A stretch of 64,000 nucleotides of DNA, taken from contig CAWGTN010000001.1 of assembly GCA_963825525.1 (NCBI GenBank), positions 96,001 through 160,000 on the forward strand, in the 5' to 3' direction. Positions within the stretch are counted from its first letter, which is position 1, and every line of letters begins with the position of its first letter. Source of the stretch: an uncultured Chloroflexia bacterium. Lineage in GTDB: Bacteria; Chloroflexota; Limnocylindria; QHBO01. Shown one piece after another: positions 54,143 to 64,000 of this stretch. Under the pieces are notes generated by a model. The model was not told the origin of the DNA, made no database searches, and saw only the letters and a list, made by a program, of their open reading frames with translations. A program made the position numbers and the translations under genes.

Positions 54143-55177
54143 GTGGATCCCAACGTCGTCCTTCCGTTCCTGAGCACCGTGCTGTCGTTCGGCTTTGCCG
54201 TGCTCGTCGGCGACCAGTGGCTGCGACGCCGCCAGCCCTACCAGCTGGTCTGGACGCTGGGGCTCCTGTGGTACGGGATCGGAGCCGGCACCGAGCTGCT
54301 CGGCAGTGCATTCGGCTGGAACGAGGCGCTGTACCGCACCTGGTACCTGTTCGGCGCCTTCGGCGTGGCCGCCTACCTGGGCCTGGGAACGGTATTCCTG
54401 CTCAACCGGACTCGGTTCGGCTACGTCGTGGCGTTCAGCGTCTTTGCGGGCGGCCTGTTCAGCATCCTGTCGGCCGTGGCGCGGGCGCGCGAAGGCGACC
54501 CGGCCGCAACCTCGACCATCGTCGCGGTCGTCGGGCTTGCCACCCTGGCCGCCGTGAGCCTTGCCGTCATCACCCGCGTGCGTCGACCCTGGATGGCGCC
54601 GACCACGGCCGTGTTCCTTGGCCTGGCATCGGTGGTTGTCGCCGTCCTGACCCTGACGGCCCCGATCACGGCGCCGGGCTTCCACATCGACGCCACGGGG
54701 GTGCCGACCGGCGAGGCATTCCCGTCCGACCTGCGCATTCTGACGCCGCCATTCAACATCGCCGGGGCCTTCTCGCTGGTCTTCGGCGCCGTCTACTCCG
54801 CGTACATCTTCATGCCCAAGGTTCGGGTGCTGCGGGTGACCGGCGGGCCGCCGGTGATCGGCGCGCTGGGACGCGCGGCCGCCGTCGTCGTGAACTTCTT
54901 CGCGTCGCTCCCTGCCGCGGGGCGGGCCCTCCGCGCCGGCCAGCTGAACTCGCGGGTGCCGGCCACCATCCTGATCGCCATCGGCGGCTTCATCCCGGGC
55001 TGGACGAGCGGCCTGAACCGTTTCGGCGTGACCTGGGCGTTCTTCCTCGGCGAGCTGCTCGGGGTGATCTTCATCTTCACCGGCTTCCTCGTGAGCATCG
55101 AGGTCTTCAGCGACGTCCGGCTGCCGTTCACCCGGATCGTGCTGCGCAGGAGAGACACCGAGTCGGAGCTGCGTTGA
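54143..55177 (+). CDS. Uncharacterised multi-pass membrane protein
   Basis: AGGAGG RBS; about 9 hydrophobic helices; QW..RR.PYQL.W and YR.WYL.GA..AAYLG.GT motifs. Confidence 0.8.
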   Translation: MDPNVVLPFLSTVLSFGFAVLVGDQWLRRRQPYQLVWTLGLLWYGIGAGTELLGSAFGWNEALYRTWYLFGAFGVAAYLGLGTVFLLNRTRFGYVVAFSVFAGGLFSILSAVARAREGDPAATSTIVAVVGLATLAAVSLAVITRVRRPWMAPTTAVFLGLASVVVAVLTLTAPITAPGFHIDATGVPTGEAFPSDLRILTPPFNIAGAFSLVFGAVYSAYIFMPKVRVLRVTGGPPVIGALGRAAAVVVNFFASLPAAGRALRAGQLNSRVPATILIAIGGFIPGWTSGLNRFGVTWAFFLGELLGVIFIFTGFLVSIEVFSDVRLPFTRIVLRRRDTESELR

Positions 55178-55291
55178 CATCGGCGAGTCCTCAGCCGTAG
55201 AATCTGATGGCTTTCCCCCGGTCCTCGGCCCTAGTTCAGCGTGGCCGCCGTACGGTGTGGTCGGGGGTTGACGACGAGGAATGAGAACCAA

Positions 55292-55456
55292 GTGGCCAAG
55301 GCCGAGAATCGACCCGTGATCGCACTGGCGTGCACCGTCTGCAAGGAGCGCACGTACAGCACACGCAAGAACAAGCGCAACGACCCGGGCCGGATGGAGC
55401 TGAACAAGTTCTGTCCGCGATGCCGCCAGCATCAGCTGCACCGGGAGACGAAGTAG
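55292..55456 (+). CDS. rpmG: 50S ribosomal protein L33 (Zn-ribbon form)
   Basis: [18 protein letters not shown]...KFCPRC..H..HRETK. Confidence 0.95.
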   Translation: MAKAENRPVIALACTVCKERTYSTRKNKRNDPGRMELNKFCPRCRQHQLHRETK

Positions 55457-55468
55457 GGCCGTGTTCGG

Positions 55469-55544
55469 AGGGGCGTAGCTCAATTGGTAGAGCACTGGTC
55501 TCCAAAACCAGCGGTTGCAGGTTCAAGTCCTGTCGCCCCTGCCA
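55469..55544 (+). tRNA. tRNA-Trp(CCA)
   Basis: CTGGT-CT-CCA-AA-ACCAG; GCCA. Confidence 0.96.
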
Positions 55545-55595
55545 CCCCGAACCCGCCAACGATCCATACGCCGTAGCAGGAAGTACGAGCCAATC

Positions 55596-55778
55596 GTGTT
55601 GACCGGCATCCGCCGCTATCTGGTCGAGAGCTGGGCCGAGCTGAAGAAGGTCGCCTGGCCCACCCGCGAGACCGTCATCCGCCTGACCCTCCTGGTCATC
55701 GCGGTGTCGTTCGCCGTGGGGGTGTACATCTTCGTGCTCGACAGGATCTTCAACACGCTCGTGGACCAGGTGATCTAA
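55596..55778 (+). CDS. secE: Preprotein translocase subunit SecE
   Basis: ELKKVAWPTR followed by a TM; located before nusG. Confidence 0.92.
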   Translation: MLTGIRRYLVESWAELKKVAWPTRETVIRLTLLVIAVSFAVGVYIFVLDRIFNTLVDQVI

Positions 55779-56411
55779 ATGGCTGATGAGACGACGACCG
55801 CCAACGAGGAGCGCAACGAGGCGCGCGAGGCCGCACGCCTCTCTCGCGAGGCGCCCCGACCCGGCGACATGCCCGAGGCGGATCGCACGAAGAAGCAGTG
55901 GTACGTGATCCACACGTATTCCGGCTACGAGAACAAGGTGAAGACGAACCTCGAGCACCGCATCGAGTCGATGGGTGTGGAGGACCAGATCTACCAGGTG
56001 CTGGTCCCCATGGAGGAAGAGATCGAGATCCGCAACGGCCAGCGCCAGACCGTGAACCGCAAGGTGTTCCCGGGCTACGTGCTGGTCGAGATGGCGATGA
56101 GCGACGAGAGCTGGTACGTCGTGCGCAACACGCCGGGCGTCACCTCGTTCGTCGGCTCGGGCAACCGCCCGCTGCCGCTCGACGAGATGGAGGTCAAGAA
56201 GATCCTCAAGCAGATGGGGGTCGAGACGCCGAAGTTCAAGGTCCAGTACAGCAAGGGCCAGAGCGTCCGCGTCAAGGATGGACCGTTCGCCGAGTTCATC
56301 GGCACGGTCGACGAGGTCAACCCCGAGCGCAACAAGGTCAAGGTGCTCGTCAGCATCTTCGGCCGCGAGACGCCGGTCGAGCTCGACTTCCTTCAGATCG
56401 AGAAGCTCTAA
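55779..56411 (+). CDS. nusG: Transcription termination/antitermination factor NusG
   Basis: [34 protein letters not shown]. Confidence 0.98.
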   Translation: MADETTTANEERNEAREAARLSREAPRPGDMPEADRTKKQWYVIHTYSGYENKVKTNLEHRIESMGVEDQIYQVLVPMEEEIEIRNGQRQTVNRKVFPGYVLVEMAMSDESWYVVRNTPGVTSFVGSGNRPLPLDEMEVKKILKQMGVETPKFKVQYSKGQSVRVKDGPFAEFIGTVDEVNPERNKVKVLVSIFGRETPVELDFLQIEKL

Positions 56412-56444
56412 GAACCGATGGCGGCGCATCCGCGCCGCCGCAAG

Positions 56445-56490
56445 CAAGAGGGAGGGGCGTGAACCGCCCCGTCAGAACCTCGGAGGAGAC
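56445..56490 (+). promoter_or_regulatory. Putative L1-binding leader of rplK-rplA
   Basis: GAG-GGAG-GGGCG-loop-CGCCCC-..GAAC-CTC hairpin abutting the RBS. Confidence 0.5.
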
Positions 56491-56492
56491 AG

Positions 56493-56915
56493 ATGGCAAA
56501 GAAGATCAGGGCGATGCTCAAGGTGCAGGCGCCCGCCGGTGCCGCGACCGCGGCGCCACCCGTCGGGCCGGCCCTCGGCCAGCACGGCATCAACATCATG
56601 GAGTTCATCAAGGCCTTCAACGAGCGGACCGCCGATCAGCGCGGCTACGTCGTCCCGGCCGAGATCACGGTCTTCGAGGACCGCAGCTTCACGTTCGTCA
56701 CGAAGGCCCCGCTGGCGGCCGCACTCCTGAAGAAGGCGGCCGGCGTCGAATCGGGCAGCTCGGAGCCGAACAAGGAGAAGGTCGGACGCGTGACCCGCGC
56801 CCAGGTGCGCGAGATCGCCGAGATGAAGATGGCCGATCTCAACGCGAACGACGTCGAGCAGGCAATGAAGATCATCGAGGGCACCGCGCGCTCGATGGGC
56901 ATCGAGGTGGCCTGA
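56493..56915 (+). CDS. rplK: 50S ribosomal protein L11
   Basis: [25 protein letters not shown]. Confidence 0.98.
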   Translation: MAKKIRAMLKVQAPAGAATAAPPVGPALGQHGINIMEFIKAFNERTADQRGYVVPAEITVFEDRSFTFVTKAPLAAALLKKAAGVESGSSEPNKEKVGRVTRAQVREIAEMKMADLNANDVEQAMKIIEGTARSMGIEVA

Positions 56916-56916
56916 C

Positions 56917-57624
56917 ATGGCGAAGCATTCGAAGAAGTACAACGAAGCGGCCAAGCTCGTCGAGCCTGAGCGTCGCTATGACATCGGCGAGGCGTGCGAG
57001 CTGCTGCCGAAGCTCTCGCTCAGCAAGTTCGACGGCACCGTGGAGATGCACCTGCGCCTTGGCGTCGACCCGCGCCACGCCGATCAGCTGGTCCGCGGCA
57101 CGGTGGTTCTGCCACACGGCACCGGAAAGACCTCGCGCGTCATCGTCTTCGCCCAGGGTGAGAAGGCCCAGGAGGCGCTTCGCGCCGGTGCCGATGACGT
57201 CGGCAGCGATGACCTCGTGAAGAAGATCGACGACGGCTGGTTCGAGTTCGACGTGGCGATCGCCACGCCCGACATGATGGGCACGGTCGGCCGCCTCGGG
57301 AAGAAGCTCGGGCCTCGCGGCCTGATGCCGAACCCGAAGTCGGGGACCGTCACCTTCGACATCGAGCGTGCGGTGAGCGAGATCAAGTCCGGACGCGTCG
57401 AGTTCAAGGTCGACCGCGCCGGCATCGTCCACGTCTCGGTCGGTCGCGCGAGCTTCAGTCCCGAGCACCTGTCGGCGAACGTTGCCGCCATCGTGGACGC
57501 CATCCAGCGTGCGAAGCCATCGGGCGCCAAGGGCACCTACATGCGGACGCTGACGCTGGCGCCGACCATGGGTCCCGGGGTGCACGTGGACATCCCATCG
57601 GCTCTGGCGGCTGCCAGCGCGTAG
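56917..57624 (+). CDS. rplA: 50S ribosomal protein L1
   Basis: [33 protein letters not shown]. Confidence 0.98.
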   Translation: MAKHSKKYNEAAKLVEPERRYDIGEACELLPKLSLSKFDGTVEMHLRLGVDPRHADQLVRGTVVLPHGTGKTSRVIVFAQGEKAQEALRAGADDVGSDDLVKKIDDGWFEFDVAIATPDMMGTVGRLGKKLGPRGLMPNPKSGTVTFDIERAVSEIKSGRVEFKVDRAGIVHVSVGRASFSPEHLSANVAAIVDAIQRAKPSGAKGTYMRTLTLAPTMGPGVHVDIPSALAAASA

Positions 57625-57874
57625 GTGGCCGCGCGGCTGCGTGCTTCGATCAATCGAGGGAATGTCGCGTGAGGCTGCCGTCGGGTGTCGAATCCGCGAT
57701 TGATCGAGGGCGTTGACGCGTGAAGCGCGCGCGCGGGGGCGCCTCGTGCGTGGAGACACTCGATGTATCGGTGAATCGGCGCCGGAAAGCGCTCCCACGT
57801 GAACATCCCGCGATCTATCGAGTAGCCGACCGGCAATGTGACACGCCACGGCGCATCGGCTAGGATGCGCACCT

Positions 57875-58030
57875 CAACCGAAGAGCCACAGACCGCGATG
57901 TGTGCCGGGTGCGATTCCCGGACCAATCGTCGGCGCTGACGACCTCAGACGCCGCGGCACGCGCAGGCACGAAGACGAATTGCTGATCGACGGCGGTTCT
58001 CGTGTCGCGTGCACGGGACCGCCGTTTTGC
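57875..58030 (+). promoter_or_regulatory. Putative L10 leader with attenuator hairpin
   Basis: Structured leader (AGACCGCG...) ending in the GACGGCGGTTCTCGTG/CACGGGACCGCCGTT-TT hairpin just before the rplJ RBS. Confidence 0.55.
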
Positions 58031-58058
58031 CTATCCAGGAGGAGACGAACACAGACCG

Positions 58059-58595
58059 ATGCCGACCGACATCAAGCGCCAGGCCGTCACCGAGCTTGCG
58101 GAGCTGATCCGCTCGAGCTCGGCCATGGCCGTGGCCGATTACCGGGGCCTCAAGGTCTCGGAGATGCAGTCGGTCCGGAGGACGCTCCGCGACAGCGGCG
58201 TCCAGCTGCACATCGCCAAGAACCGCCTGCTGAAGATCGCCGCCGACGAAGCGGATCGCTCGGAGCTCAAGCCGCTCCTCGAGGGTCCGACCGCGCTGGC
58301 TACGATCGACGGCGACGAGGCGGCCATGGCGAAGGCACTGGCCGATGCCTTCCGACCGTATTCGCGCACCGTCACCCTGCGGGGCGGGATGCTCGGCAGC
58401 AAGGCGATCGACGCCTCGCAGCTGACGCGCCTCGCCACGCTGCCGTCGCGCGAGATCCTGCTCGGCAAGATTGCCGGCGGGATGGCATCCCCGATGACCA
58501 GCATGGCCGGCGTGCTCGCCGCCAACATCCGCAACCTCGTGGGTGTCCTGAGCGCGGTGGCCGACAAGAAGCAAGCGAACGAGACTGCGGCCTGA
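58059..58595 (+). CDS. rplJ: 50S ribosomal protein L10
   Basis: DYRGL.V, KNRL..IA, GPTA, LATLPSRE. Confidence 0.96.
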   Translation: MPTDIKRQAVTELAELIRSSSAMAVADYRGLKVSEMQSVRRTLRDSGVQLHIAKNRLLKIAADEADRSELKPLLEGPTALATIDGDEAAMAKALADAFRPYSRTVTLRGGMLGSKAIDASQLTRLATLPSREILLGKIAGGMASPMTSMAGVLAANIRNLVGVLSAVADKKQANETAA

Positions 58596-58631
58596 CGCCG
58601 CCTCGAGCCAAGAGCAGGAGAACCGATACCG

Positions 58632-59027
58632 ATGGCGACCAAGACCCTGGACAAGGACCAGATCCTCGAGGCGATCGACACGATGACCGTCCTCGAGCTG
58701 AGCGAGCTGGTCAAGGCATTTGAAGAGCGCTACGGCGTGACCGCGGCCGCACCCGCAGCAGCCGCAGCCGCACCGGCCGCCGGTGATGGCGCGGGAGCCG
58801 CTGCCGCCGAGGAGCAGACCGAGTTCGAGGCCCTGCTGACCGACGTCGGCGCCAACAAGATCCTTGTGATCAAGGCCGTCCGCGAGCTGACCGGCCTGGG
58901 CCTCAAGGAGGCCAAGGACCTCGTCGACGCAGCCCCCAAGGCCGTCAAGGAAGGCGTGACCAAGGAGGAGGCCGAGGCCGCCAAGGAGAAGCTGGCCGAG
59001 GCCGGCGCGACCGTCGAGGTCAAGTAG
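58632..59027 (+). CDS. rplL: 50S ribosomal protein L7/L12
   Basis: [26 protein letters not shown]. Confidence 0.98.
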   Translation: MATKTLDKDQILEAIDTMTVLELSELVKAFEERYGVTAAAPAAAAAAPAAGDGAGAAAAEEQTEFEALLTDVGANKILVIKAVRELTGLGLKEAKDLVDAAPKAVKEGVTKEEAEAAKEKLAEAGATVEVK

Positions 59028-59052
59028 CCAACTTCTCACCCACGTACGAACG

Positions 59053-59085
59053 AGCCGGCCCCACGATCGGGGCCGGCTGTTTCGT
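59053..59085 (+). terminator. rplL terminator
   Basis: AGCCGGCCCC/GGGGCCGGCT followed by GTTTCG. Confidence 0.7.
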
Positions 59086-59108
59086 GTCCGGGCGAAGAGC
59101 GGACGCGC

Positions 59109-60783
59109 TTAGGGCCGCTGCAGCGCGTCGAGCCGGATCGGGTGGTCGCAGGCACCGGGCCCAAGCGAGAGGACATCCTCCTGCCCGAACAGGCCACGGA
59201 CGCCGTCGATGGTCGTGCATCGGAAGAGCTGCCAGCTCATCGAGCCGCCGCGGTCGTGCGTGGCATCCACGTAGAGCTCGACGTTCTCCGGGCCGATGAC
59301 GCGCCAGATATCGAGCACCCGACCCCCTTCGACGGTGACGGAGAGCGAGACGAATTCGGCGGGCTCGCCGGCGTCGTATGCCGACCACAGGCATTCGCGC
59401 GCGCTGGCGTCGCGACGGTCCCCGTCCTCCAGTCGCATCACGACCTCCTGACCGCATGACGGAAGCGGCGCACGGTTCACCACCTCGGCCGGAGGCGGGC
59501 TGATGTGGATCCTTTGGACGACCTGATCCAGCACGGCGCGATGGAGCTGGTAGTCGCTCGCCGGCTCGTTCTCGGTGGAGGTGACGCGCAGGACGAGATT
59601 CGGGCCGAACTCCGGGATCTCACCGAGCGACACGATGACCTCGTAGCTGCGGACGGCGGTGGTGACGGCGCCTATCTCGCGCGATCCCAGCTCCCACCGC
59701 ACCGCCGGCCATCCGTCGACCACCAGCGTCTCGTAGCCCAGGATGTCGCCGGTGGTCGTCCCGTAGTCGCCGGAGAACTGCTGGATCGTGATCGCGACTC
59801 CGTCCGGAACCTGCAACGGGTCGTCGGGGATATCGAACGATGTCGGGGCGAGGTAGACGCAACCGGGAATGTCGCTCGATCGGCGTGTTGGTCCACCACG
59901 ACTCGGGGAACGCGGTTGCAAACCCCAGCTCGACGTTGAGGCAGCCGTCCACGTTCGGCTCCTCGTACAGCGTCGCTGCCGCGGCCACGGCCTCCGCCGG
60001 CAACGTGAGCGGTTCGCGAACGGCCAGCCGATCGACAACGGCGCGCGCGGCCGTCACGGCATCGGCGTCGCCCCCGGGCGCCTCGATGTGGAGGTATGCC
60101 GGCGCTCCGTCGAGGGTCGCGATGAGCGGCACGACGGCGACCTCGTATGCCTCGTCAGCCCGATTCACCACGTGCCACGTGGCAAGGCGATCGGGTGTCT
60201 CGGTGGCAACGCCGGTCTCACTCGACACGATGTCGCCGCTCGGCACGGACTCGGCGCGGACCAGGAGTGCGACGCGCGGCTCTGGCTCATCGAGTGCGGG
60301 GTCGACCGGTGCGTCGAACAGGCGGCGGCACCCGGTGCTCTCCCGGACACGTTCCGCGAACCACCCGTCCGGGACCATGAATGAGAAGCCCGCGGTACCG
60401 TCGCCACACGTCGAGCCTCCGCCGACCAGCGATGCGGCGAGCGGCGCGACGCTGGGTGCTGGCGACGACGAGGGCGCGACGGTCGCTGTCGGCTCAGCCA
60501 CAGCGCTGCTCGAAGGGGAGGCTGCGCTGGATGGCGGCAAGGGACCCGTGCTGGGATCGGACCCCGATGGAGGTCCAATCTGCGCCAGCCCGATCCCGAC
60601 GCCGACCGCCACCATGATGACGGCGGCCGCCGCGAGCCAAGGTGCAGCGGTACGCCAGCGTGGCTCACGGAGCTCAGGGGCTTCGAGCACCCCGGGCGGC
60701 AGCGCCTCATCGGCGAATGTGGCGGCGGCAGCTCGCAGTCGGGCGTCGAACTGCTCCTCGTCGCGGCGGTCTCGATCGGTCAT
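59109..60783 (-). CDS. Membrane-anchored exported protein, putative anti-sigma factor (+1 shift near 59876)
   Basis: ORF 59620-60783 continues in the frame of 59109-60038; short N-terminal helix, TM, Pro/Ser linker, two 'C....GF....P..W' repeats, Cys-containing C-terminal domain; ATGA-coupled to the ECF gene. Confidence 0.65.
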
Positions 60784-61301
60784 CGCTCGGTTTCCTCGAG
60801 CTGCCTGGCGAGCCGGCGCCGGGCGCGAAACAGGATGGATCGTGCGTTCGCCGGCGAGGTGCCCACCAGCTCTGCGACCTCACCGGTTCGGTATCCGTGG
60901 CCGTAGTGCAGCACGATGACGGTTCGTTCACGTGGCGGAAGCCGTTCGATCAGCTCCCGCAGGCCGGGATCGCGGTCGGCGGCGGGCGGTCGACTGGCGG
61001 CAAGGCGGGGGAGCCTCTCGCTTGCGCGCCGGCGGGATCGGTGCCGGTTGTAGCAGAGATTGACGGCGGCGCGGGCCACCCAGGCCTCGAATCGATTGAC
61101 GTCCCTGAGCTGTGCCACTCGGTTGCGCGTCAGGAGGTAGGCGTCGTGAAGCACGTCCTCGGCGTGATCGGGCCCGACCAGGCCGGTGCAGATGCGCAGC
61201 AGGCGTTCGCGCATCTCGCCGAAGCGCTGGTCAAAGTGCGCCAGGTCCATGGGGGGCGAGATGGGCGAGCCCTCCGTTGCAACTCCAGGCAGGCTGATCA
61301 C
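60780..61301 (-). CDS. ECF sigma factor (start uncertain, 61301 or 61250)
   Basis: AEDVLHD, FEAWV.R...N, LPPRER.VIVLHY..G....EVAE..G.......LFRARR.L. Confidence 0.9.
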   Translation of the reverse strand: MISLPGVATEGSPISPPMDLAHFDQRFGEMRERLLRICTGLVGPDHAEDVLHDAYLLTRNRVAQLRDVNRFEAWVARAAVNLCYNRHRSRRRASERLPRLAASRPPAADRDPGLRELIERLPPRERTVIVLHYGHGYRTGEVAELVGTSPANARSILFRARRRLARQLEETER

Positions 61302-61376
61302 GGTACCGCCATGACACCGCAACGCTCAACCATGTTGCACGCACAGGCTGAGCCACTGCGCCCTGAACCGCTTCAG

Positions 61377-61405
61377 TTGACGAAGCGGTCGGCGGTGCTA
61401 TACTC
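61377..61405 (+). promoter_or_regulatory. rpoB promoter
   Basis: TTGACG then TGCTATACT (extended -10). Confidence 0.7.
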
Positions 61406-61454
61406 CTCGTTCGCGTGTCCGCGCCCCACCATGCCCTCTTCGAGGAGTCCCTGA

Positions 61455-64000
61455 ATGGCTTTGGCCGAGTCGACCGGCCGTTTTGAGCTGGCCCCGACCC
61501 GTGAGAATTTCTCGCACATCCCCGAGGTTCTCCCGCTTCCGAACCTGATCCGAACGCAAACCGAATCATTCGAGTGGTTCGTCTCCACCGGCCTCCGTGA
61601 GCTGTTGGACGAGATCACTCCGATCACAGACTTTACCGGCAAGAATCTTGAGCTGCACTTCCGCGAGTTCTACTTCGAAGAGCCGAAGTTCAACGAGGAA
61701 GACTGCCGCACCCGCGATCTCACCTTTGCGAAGCCGCTGAAGGTGGAGGTTGATCTCGTCATCAAGGAGACCGACGAGGTCAAGCACCAGACCGTGTTCA
61801 TGGGCGACTTCCCGTGGATGACGGAGCAGGGCACCTTCATCATCAATGGTGCCGAGCGCGTCGTCGTGTCGCAGCTCGTTCGATCGCCGGGCGTCTACTA
61901 CACCGCCACCGAGGACCCGGCCACCGGCCGGATGCTTCACGCTGCCAAGGTCATCCCGAACCGCGGGGCCTGGCTCGAGTTCGAGACCAGCAACAAGGAC
62001 CTGCTCAGCGTCAAGGTCGACCGCAAGCGCAAGATCCCGGTCACCACGCTCCTGCGTGCCGTCGGGCTCGAGACGAGCGAGATCGAGAAGATCTTCGGCC
62101 CGGCCGATGACAATCCCGAGCACCCGTACATCGCGCTGACGCTGGAGAAGGATCCGGCCGAGACGCAGGACGAGGCGCTCATCGAGGTCTACAAGAAGCT
62201 GCGCCCCGGCGATCCGCCCACGGTCGACAACGCCCGTGCGCTCGTCACCAGCCTCTTCTTCAACTTCCGTCGCTACGACCTCGGTCGCGTCGGCCGGTAC
62301 AAGCTCAACAAGGCGCTCGGCGACGCCGCGCGCAAGCTGAAGTTCGACCTGCCGTCCGAGGACACCGCGAACCCGCGCGCCAGCCGCGTGATCAGCCGCG
62401 ACGACATCGTGGCCATCATCGGCAAGCTCATCGAGCTGAACAACGGCCGCGGCGACCCGGACGACATCGACCATCTCGGCAACCGGCGCATCCGCGCCAA
62501 CGGCGAGCTCATCCAGAACCAGTTCCGCATCGGCCTGCTCCGCATGGAGCGCGTCGTCAAGGAGCGGATGACGATCACCGACTCCGACCAGGCAACGCCG
62601 AACACCCTCATCAACATCCGCCCCGTGGTGGCGGCCATGAAGGAGTTCTTCGGCGGCAGCCAGCTGAGCCAGTTCATGGATCAGACGAACCCGTTGGCCG
62701 AGCTGACGAACAAGCGGCGCCTGTCCGCGCTGGGCCCGGGTGGCCTGTCGCGCGAGCGGGCCGGCTTCGACGTCCGTGACGTGCATCCGTCCCACTACGG
62801 CCGGATGTGCCCGATCGAGACGCCGGAGGGGCCGAACATCGGCCTCATCGGCTCACTGGCGACCTACGGCAAGATCAACAAGTTCGGCTTCATCGAGACG
62901 CCGTACCGCAAGGTGCGCCGATACGTCGGGAGCAAGGACAAGCAGGCCGATGTCCTGGGCCAGGTGCTGGCCGAGGACCTCTCCCTGACCGACGGCGGCA
63001 AGGTCGTCGCCAAGTCGGGCACCGTCATCGACGACAAGGTCTGGGGCCAGATCAAGGACAGCAAGATCGCCCAGGTCATGATCCGGCCGATCGTCACCGA
63101 CGAGATCATCTATCTCGATGCGTCCGAGGAGGAGAAGTTCCACATCGCGCAGGCCAACGCGGCACTCGATGACGATGGACGCTTCACCGAGAGTCGGGTG
63201 CTCGTCCGCTGGAAGGACAAGTTCCTCGAGGAGTCGGTCGACGTGATCGACTACATGGACGTCAGCCCGAAGCAGATCGTGAGCGTGGCAACCGCCATGA
63301 TCCCGTTCCTCGAGCATGACGACGCCAACCGTGCCCTGATGGGCTCGAACATGATGCGGCAGTCGGTGCCCCTCCTCCAGCCGGAGTCCCCGGTCGTGGG
63401 AACGGGCGTCGAGTACCGCGCCGCGTTCGACTCGCAGGGAGTCGTCGTCGCCAAGCACGGCGGGACGGTCGTCAGCGTGACCGCCGACCACATCGTGCTG
63501 GAGCGCGACGAGGGCGACGAGCGCGACGTCTACCAGCTGAAGAAGTTCCTGCGCAGCAACCAGGGCACCTGCATCAACCAGCGACCGGTCGTCGATGTCG
63601 GCGACCGCGTGGCGGCCGATCAGCTCCTGGCCGACGGCAGCAGCACCGACGGCGGCGAGATGGCGCTCGGACAGAACATCCTGGTGGCCTTCCTCCCGTG
63701 GGAGGGTGGCAACTACGAGGACGCCATCGTGCTGAGCGAGCGCCTCGTCAAGGACGACCTGTTCACCAGCATCCACATCGAGAAGCACGAGATCGAGGCC
63801 CGCGACACGAAGCTGGGTCCCGAGGAGATCACCCGCGACATCCCGAACGTCGGCGAGGAGAGCCTGCGCAACCTCGACGAGGACGGGATCATCTACGAGG
63901 GTGCCGAGGTCAAGCCGGGAGACATCCTGGTCGGCAAGATCACGCCGAAGGGCGAGACCGAGCTGACGGCCGAGGAGCGCCTCCTGCGCGCCATCTTCGG
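61455..64000 (+). CDS. rpoB: RNA polymerase beta subunit (runs off window)
   Basis: Translation gives [76 protein letters not shown]. Confidence 0.98.
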   Translation, partial: MALAESTGRFELAPTRENFSHIPEVLPLPNLIRTQTESFEWFVSTGLRELLDEITPITDFTGKNLELHFREFYFEEPKFNEEDCRTRDLTFAKPLKVEVDLVIKETDEVKHQTVFMGDFPWMTEQGTFIINGAERVVVSQLVRSPGVYYTATEDPATGRMLHAAKVIPNRGAWLEFETSNKDLLSVKVDRKRKIPVTTLLRAVGLETSEIEKIFGPADDNPEHPYIALTLEKDPAETQDEALIEVYKKLRPGDPPTVDNARALVTSLFFNFRRYDLGRVGRYKLNKALGDAARKLKFDLPSEDTANPRASRVISRDDIVAIIGKLIELNNGRGDPDDIDHLGNRRIRANGELIQNQFRIGLLRMERVVKERMTITDSDQATPNTLINIRPVVAAMKEFFGGSQLSQFMDQTNPLAELTNKRRLSALGPGGLSRERAGFDVRDVHPSHYGRMCPIETPEGPNIGLIGSLATYGKINKFGFIETPYRKVRRYVGSKDKQADVLGQVLAEDLSLTDGGKVVAKSGTVIDDKVWGQIKDSKIAQVMIRPIVTDEIIYLDASEEEKFHIAQANAALDDDGRFTESRVLVRWKDKFLEESVDVIDYMDVSPKQIVSVATAMIPFLEHDDANRALMGSNMMRQSVPLLQPESPVVGTGVEYRAAFDSQGVVVAKHGGTVVSVTADHIVLERDEGDERDVYQLKKFLRSNQGTCINQRPVVDVGDRVAADQLLADGSSTDGGEMALGQNILVAFLPWEGGNYEDAIVLSERLVKDDLFTSIHIEKHEIEARDTKLGPEEITRDIPNVGEESLRNLDEDGIIYEGAEVKPGDILVGKITPKGETELTAEERLLRAIF

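Overview
GC-rich bacterial chromosomal segment made almost entirely of core genes. Gene order and protein style suggest Chloroflexota, possibly Limnocylindria/Ellin6529 (inference; a 16S search is needed). In order it holds coaBC/coaX, an M16 peptidase, ndk, lepB, rpoN, hppA, uppP, greA-lysS(class I)-serS, a GGDEF/HD-GYP plus Ig-repeat adhesin locus, tdk, sigK/rskA, an aroE-like gene, a protein O-mannosyltransferase, tadA-like-tRNAs-SRP RNA-dnaX-ebfC-recR, one rRNA set, rpsA, clpC-radA-PIN/TRAM-ispDF-rlmB, and the tRNA-rpmG-secE-nusG-rplKAJL-rpoB cluster. There are 11 tRNA genes; no CRISPR array or transposase was seen. Main anomalies: (1) the TadA orthologue has lost its catalytic Glu (HAE to HAV) and its tRNA-binding residues, while the tRNA-Arg gene carries a GCG anticodon that needs no A-to-I editing; (2) the rRNA operon keeps the order 16S-Ile-Ala-23S-5S but is split by four protein genes, and each RNA piece has its own promoter; (3) rpoN has a Cys4 insertion and a -24/-12 site upstream of its own gene; (4) there is a ~100-nt 23S domain III insertion, a divergent AroE, and a membrane gene where tuf normally sits. 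Nine +1 frameshifts after 38 kb look like long-read assembly errors.
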